DNA of 64,000 nt, from positions 10,664,001 to 10,728,000 of the forward strand of contig NC_135264.1 in the NCBI RefSeq assembly GCF_964204865.1. The letters run 5' to 3'. The notes under the pieces were generated by a model. The model worked only from the letters and a program-made list of their open reading frames with translations. It was not told where the DNA came from and made no database searches. This DNA comes from Styela clava (Eukaryota). Positions 61,822 through 64,000 of the stretch are shown here, one piece after another. The translations under genes and the position numbers were made by a program. How positions within the stretch are numbered: the stretch's first letter is position 1; each line of letters starts with the position of its first letter.

Positions 61822-63429
61822 CGTGCAGCTTTGAGACTAATCTGATATAACTCAGTCTACCTTTCTGCTACCAAAGAATGAGCCACCCACGACCTAACGA
61901 TTGAACCTAACAGCACGAACGAACCTTCACAGTTTACACTACCAGAATCGGATCTGGGTTGCCACCTCGCGGATTTAAAATTTATTACCCTTTAGGTGAA
62001 GTTGTACAAGCGGACATTTATAGTATAAACAGGATGTGAAGTCGGGGTTCGCCAATATTTTCATCCTATTCGGAGTCATATATTTAAACTCTCCAGAGTT
62101 GGAATAAAAATGATAAATTCCACGCAGTCAAGAATTTTTCGTAGCGATAATCGAAGTCAAAATGTTCTACAAAATTAAAAAAATAAAAATTCACTAAGCC
62201 TATTTGAAAGTCTATTATTAATAAAGGATAGTATTCGACATTTTGATTTTTTAGAGTTTGGGAGCCGCAATCAAAGTCATTTTGTTTTAATTCGGAGTCA
62301 AAAACAAAATATTTTAAACAGGAATCGGAGACTGATTGTGGATTTCCCGTCTCCCAACCCTGAATAAAATGCACAGACAACATATAGAGAATTTGGTTTG
62401 TCTCTTTGTTAGAATCAGAAAAATTTATTTGAAAATTAGCTTCAAAGAATAAAATAGTTGCCTAGCTTAATAACTACTTAGCTGATTGAAACGACCGCTG
62501 ACTCGGGCCAACCTGTCTGTCCCTCGTCATTTGAAAATGACAATTCAATGAAATGAGAGCATTTGATTTACTTTCTTTTTAAATCAAAGTATTGGGATAG
62601 TATTTATATGAAGAAACCCAAAATTTGTGAATTGAGGGAGAGAGTTGAAAATATAAAAAAGACGTATCTATATTCTTGTTAGTTTCGAAACCAAAAAAAG
62701 CAAAAGTAATGGCCTCAATCATTCTGTTTTGAAACTTTGGCTATATAAATCAGACAATAATAAAATGTGGTTGCTTAGAAGAGAGCACATTTTATTTTAG
62801 AACTACCTACGTTGCGGAACATTCGGATCATCCTACACGTCATCCGTCCCGGCGATAGACCTAAATGTCCCGGTTTTGCAGTATGAAAGTTTCAATAATT
62901 TTTCTATTTGATACTATTACAAAAAAAAAAATTTTTAAACGGAGGCAGCCGATTTACGACTGATTTATGTCTCACTTCACTAGTTCAGATACAGAAACAA
63001 ACATCTTAGCAAACACCAAAAGCTACCTGAGGCAAATATTTGTGGTGCATTACACGCCGGTTATAAATACCTGTTGTTAGAGACATATAATATTTTATAC
63101 GAAAAGACGCTCAAACGAAATGGAAACCTATTTCTTTGTGAAGTTATGGGCACCACTGAGGTACCAATACATGGAGCAAATCAATATTATATATAAGTGA
63201 TACGCTCGTTAGCGATTAGTGCAAAAACAGTTTTACATAAATTTATTTCTTGAATATACATTTATATTATATATATATATATATATTCCAAAAATATTTT
63301 GCCTTGAACATAATGAAAAAGAACCAACAGATTGAATAAAGTTGATCATGGTATTTTAAATGTCATCTATTTATAAATTTTCTCTGAATATGCATTATTC
63401 AGTTCTTTATCTCTTTTCTTGTATCAAAT

Positions 63430-64000
63430 TTACTTTCTGAACATTATCGTAGGGTAGGTGTACGTTAAAATAAATTTAACTTCATCATCAGGAAGGTCAT
63501 TCATGTCCAATATTCTCTTTACGTGACTTCCTAGTGCTTGTATTGGTGCATTCTCCTCGCCCAAACCGAGATTTAAATATTCGAGATATTTTGCTACTGT
63601 TTTGAAAAGGTTTTTATATTGTATTAACGTATTTTCTACTTCAAACTCGAGACCTTCAATCCTTTCTTTGGTGTTGGATTTCAATCTATCATAAATAATG
63701 TCATATTGACCAAATACATCTAAGATAAGATCCTGCGATCCCATGTTGCGATGGTATTGCTTTTCGATTTCTACAATGCTGGCGCGTTTGCTTTGAGGTT
63801 CATTTATTTTTCTGACAAAGCTGGGACAGTATGCGTATATCGCGCAATAACCACCAGGCTTCAAAACTCGATGACATTCGGTTTCAAAGGTTGCCAGATC
63901 CAGCCAATGCACTGCAGAAGCACATATGATAAGATCCACACTATTGTCTCCGACAGGAAAGACATTATCACGTACAATACGAAATTCCACATTTTTGTTT
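63430..64000 (-). CDS. Class I SAM-dependent methyltransferase (Methyltransf_11-like), 5' end outside the window
   Basis: DNSVDLIICASAVHWLD and ECHRVLKPGGYCAIYAY motifs. The frame is open to the window edge. Confidence 0.85.
   Translation of the reverse strand, partial: NKNVEFRIVRDNVFPVGDNSVDLIICASAVHWLDLATFETECHRVLKPGGYCAIYAYCPSFVRKINEPQSKRASIVEIEKQYHRNMGSQDLILDVFGQYDIIYDRLKSNTKERIEGLEFEVENTLIQYKNLFKTVAKYLEYLNLGLGEENAPIQALGSHVKRILDMNDLPDDEVKFILTYTYPTIMFRK

Overview
AT-rich animal genomic DNA with spliceosomal introns, not prokaryotic. It is probably an invertebrate chordate such as an ascidian; this is inferred from the compact genes and vertebrate-like gene structures and was not verified. 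Genes reconstructed by hand, in window order: an orphan multi-exon gene (-), selenoprotein MSRB1 (-, in-frame TGA and a GUGA-type SECIS), NUDT19 (+, C-terminal SKL), CWF19L2 (+), a secreted tandem 2OG-Fe(II) oxygenase with a GC-AG intron (-), an SLC16/MCT transporter (+), a 10-exon SELENOI/EPT1 ethanolaminephosphotransferase (-) and a partial SAM methyltransferase (-). Mobile DNA: a complete pogo-type DD35D transposon with a spliced transposase and Tudor-like tail, two CR1/L2-group LINE copies, tRNA-derived SINEs, and piggyBac-, hAT- and MULE-like MITEs. The most notable observation is in the SELENOI orthologue. Its TGA (codon 388) falls where vertebrates have Sec, lies in a UGA-CUA readthrough context and is followed by 27 open codons, yet I could find no canonical SECIS downstream. 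It may be an invertebrate Sec-SELENOI or a SECIS-independent readthrough precursor of the vertebrate selenoprotein.
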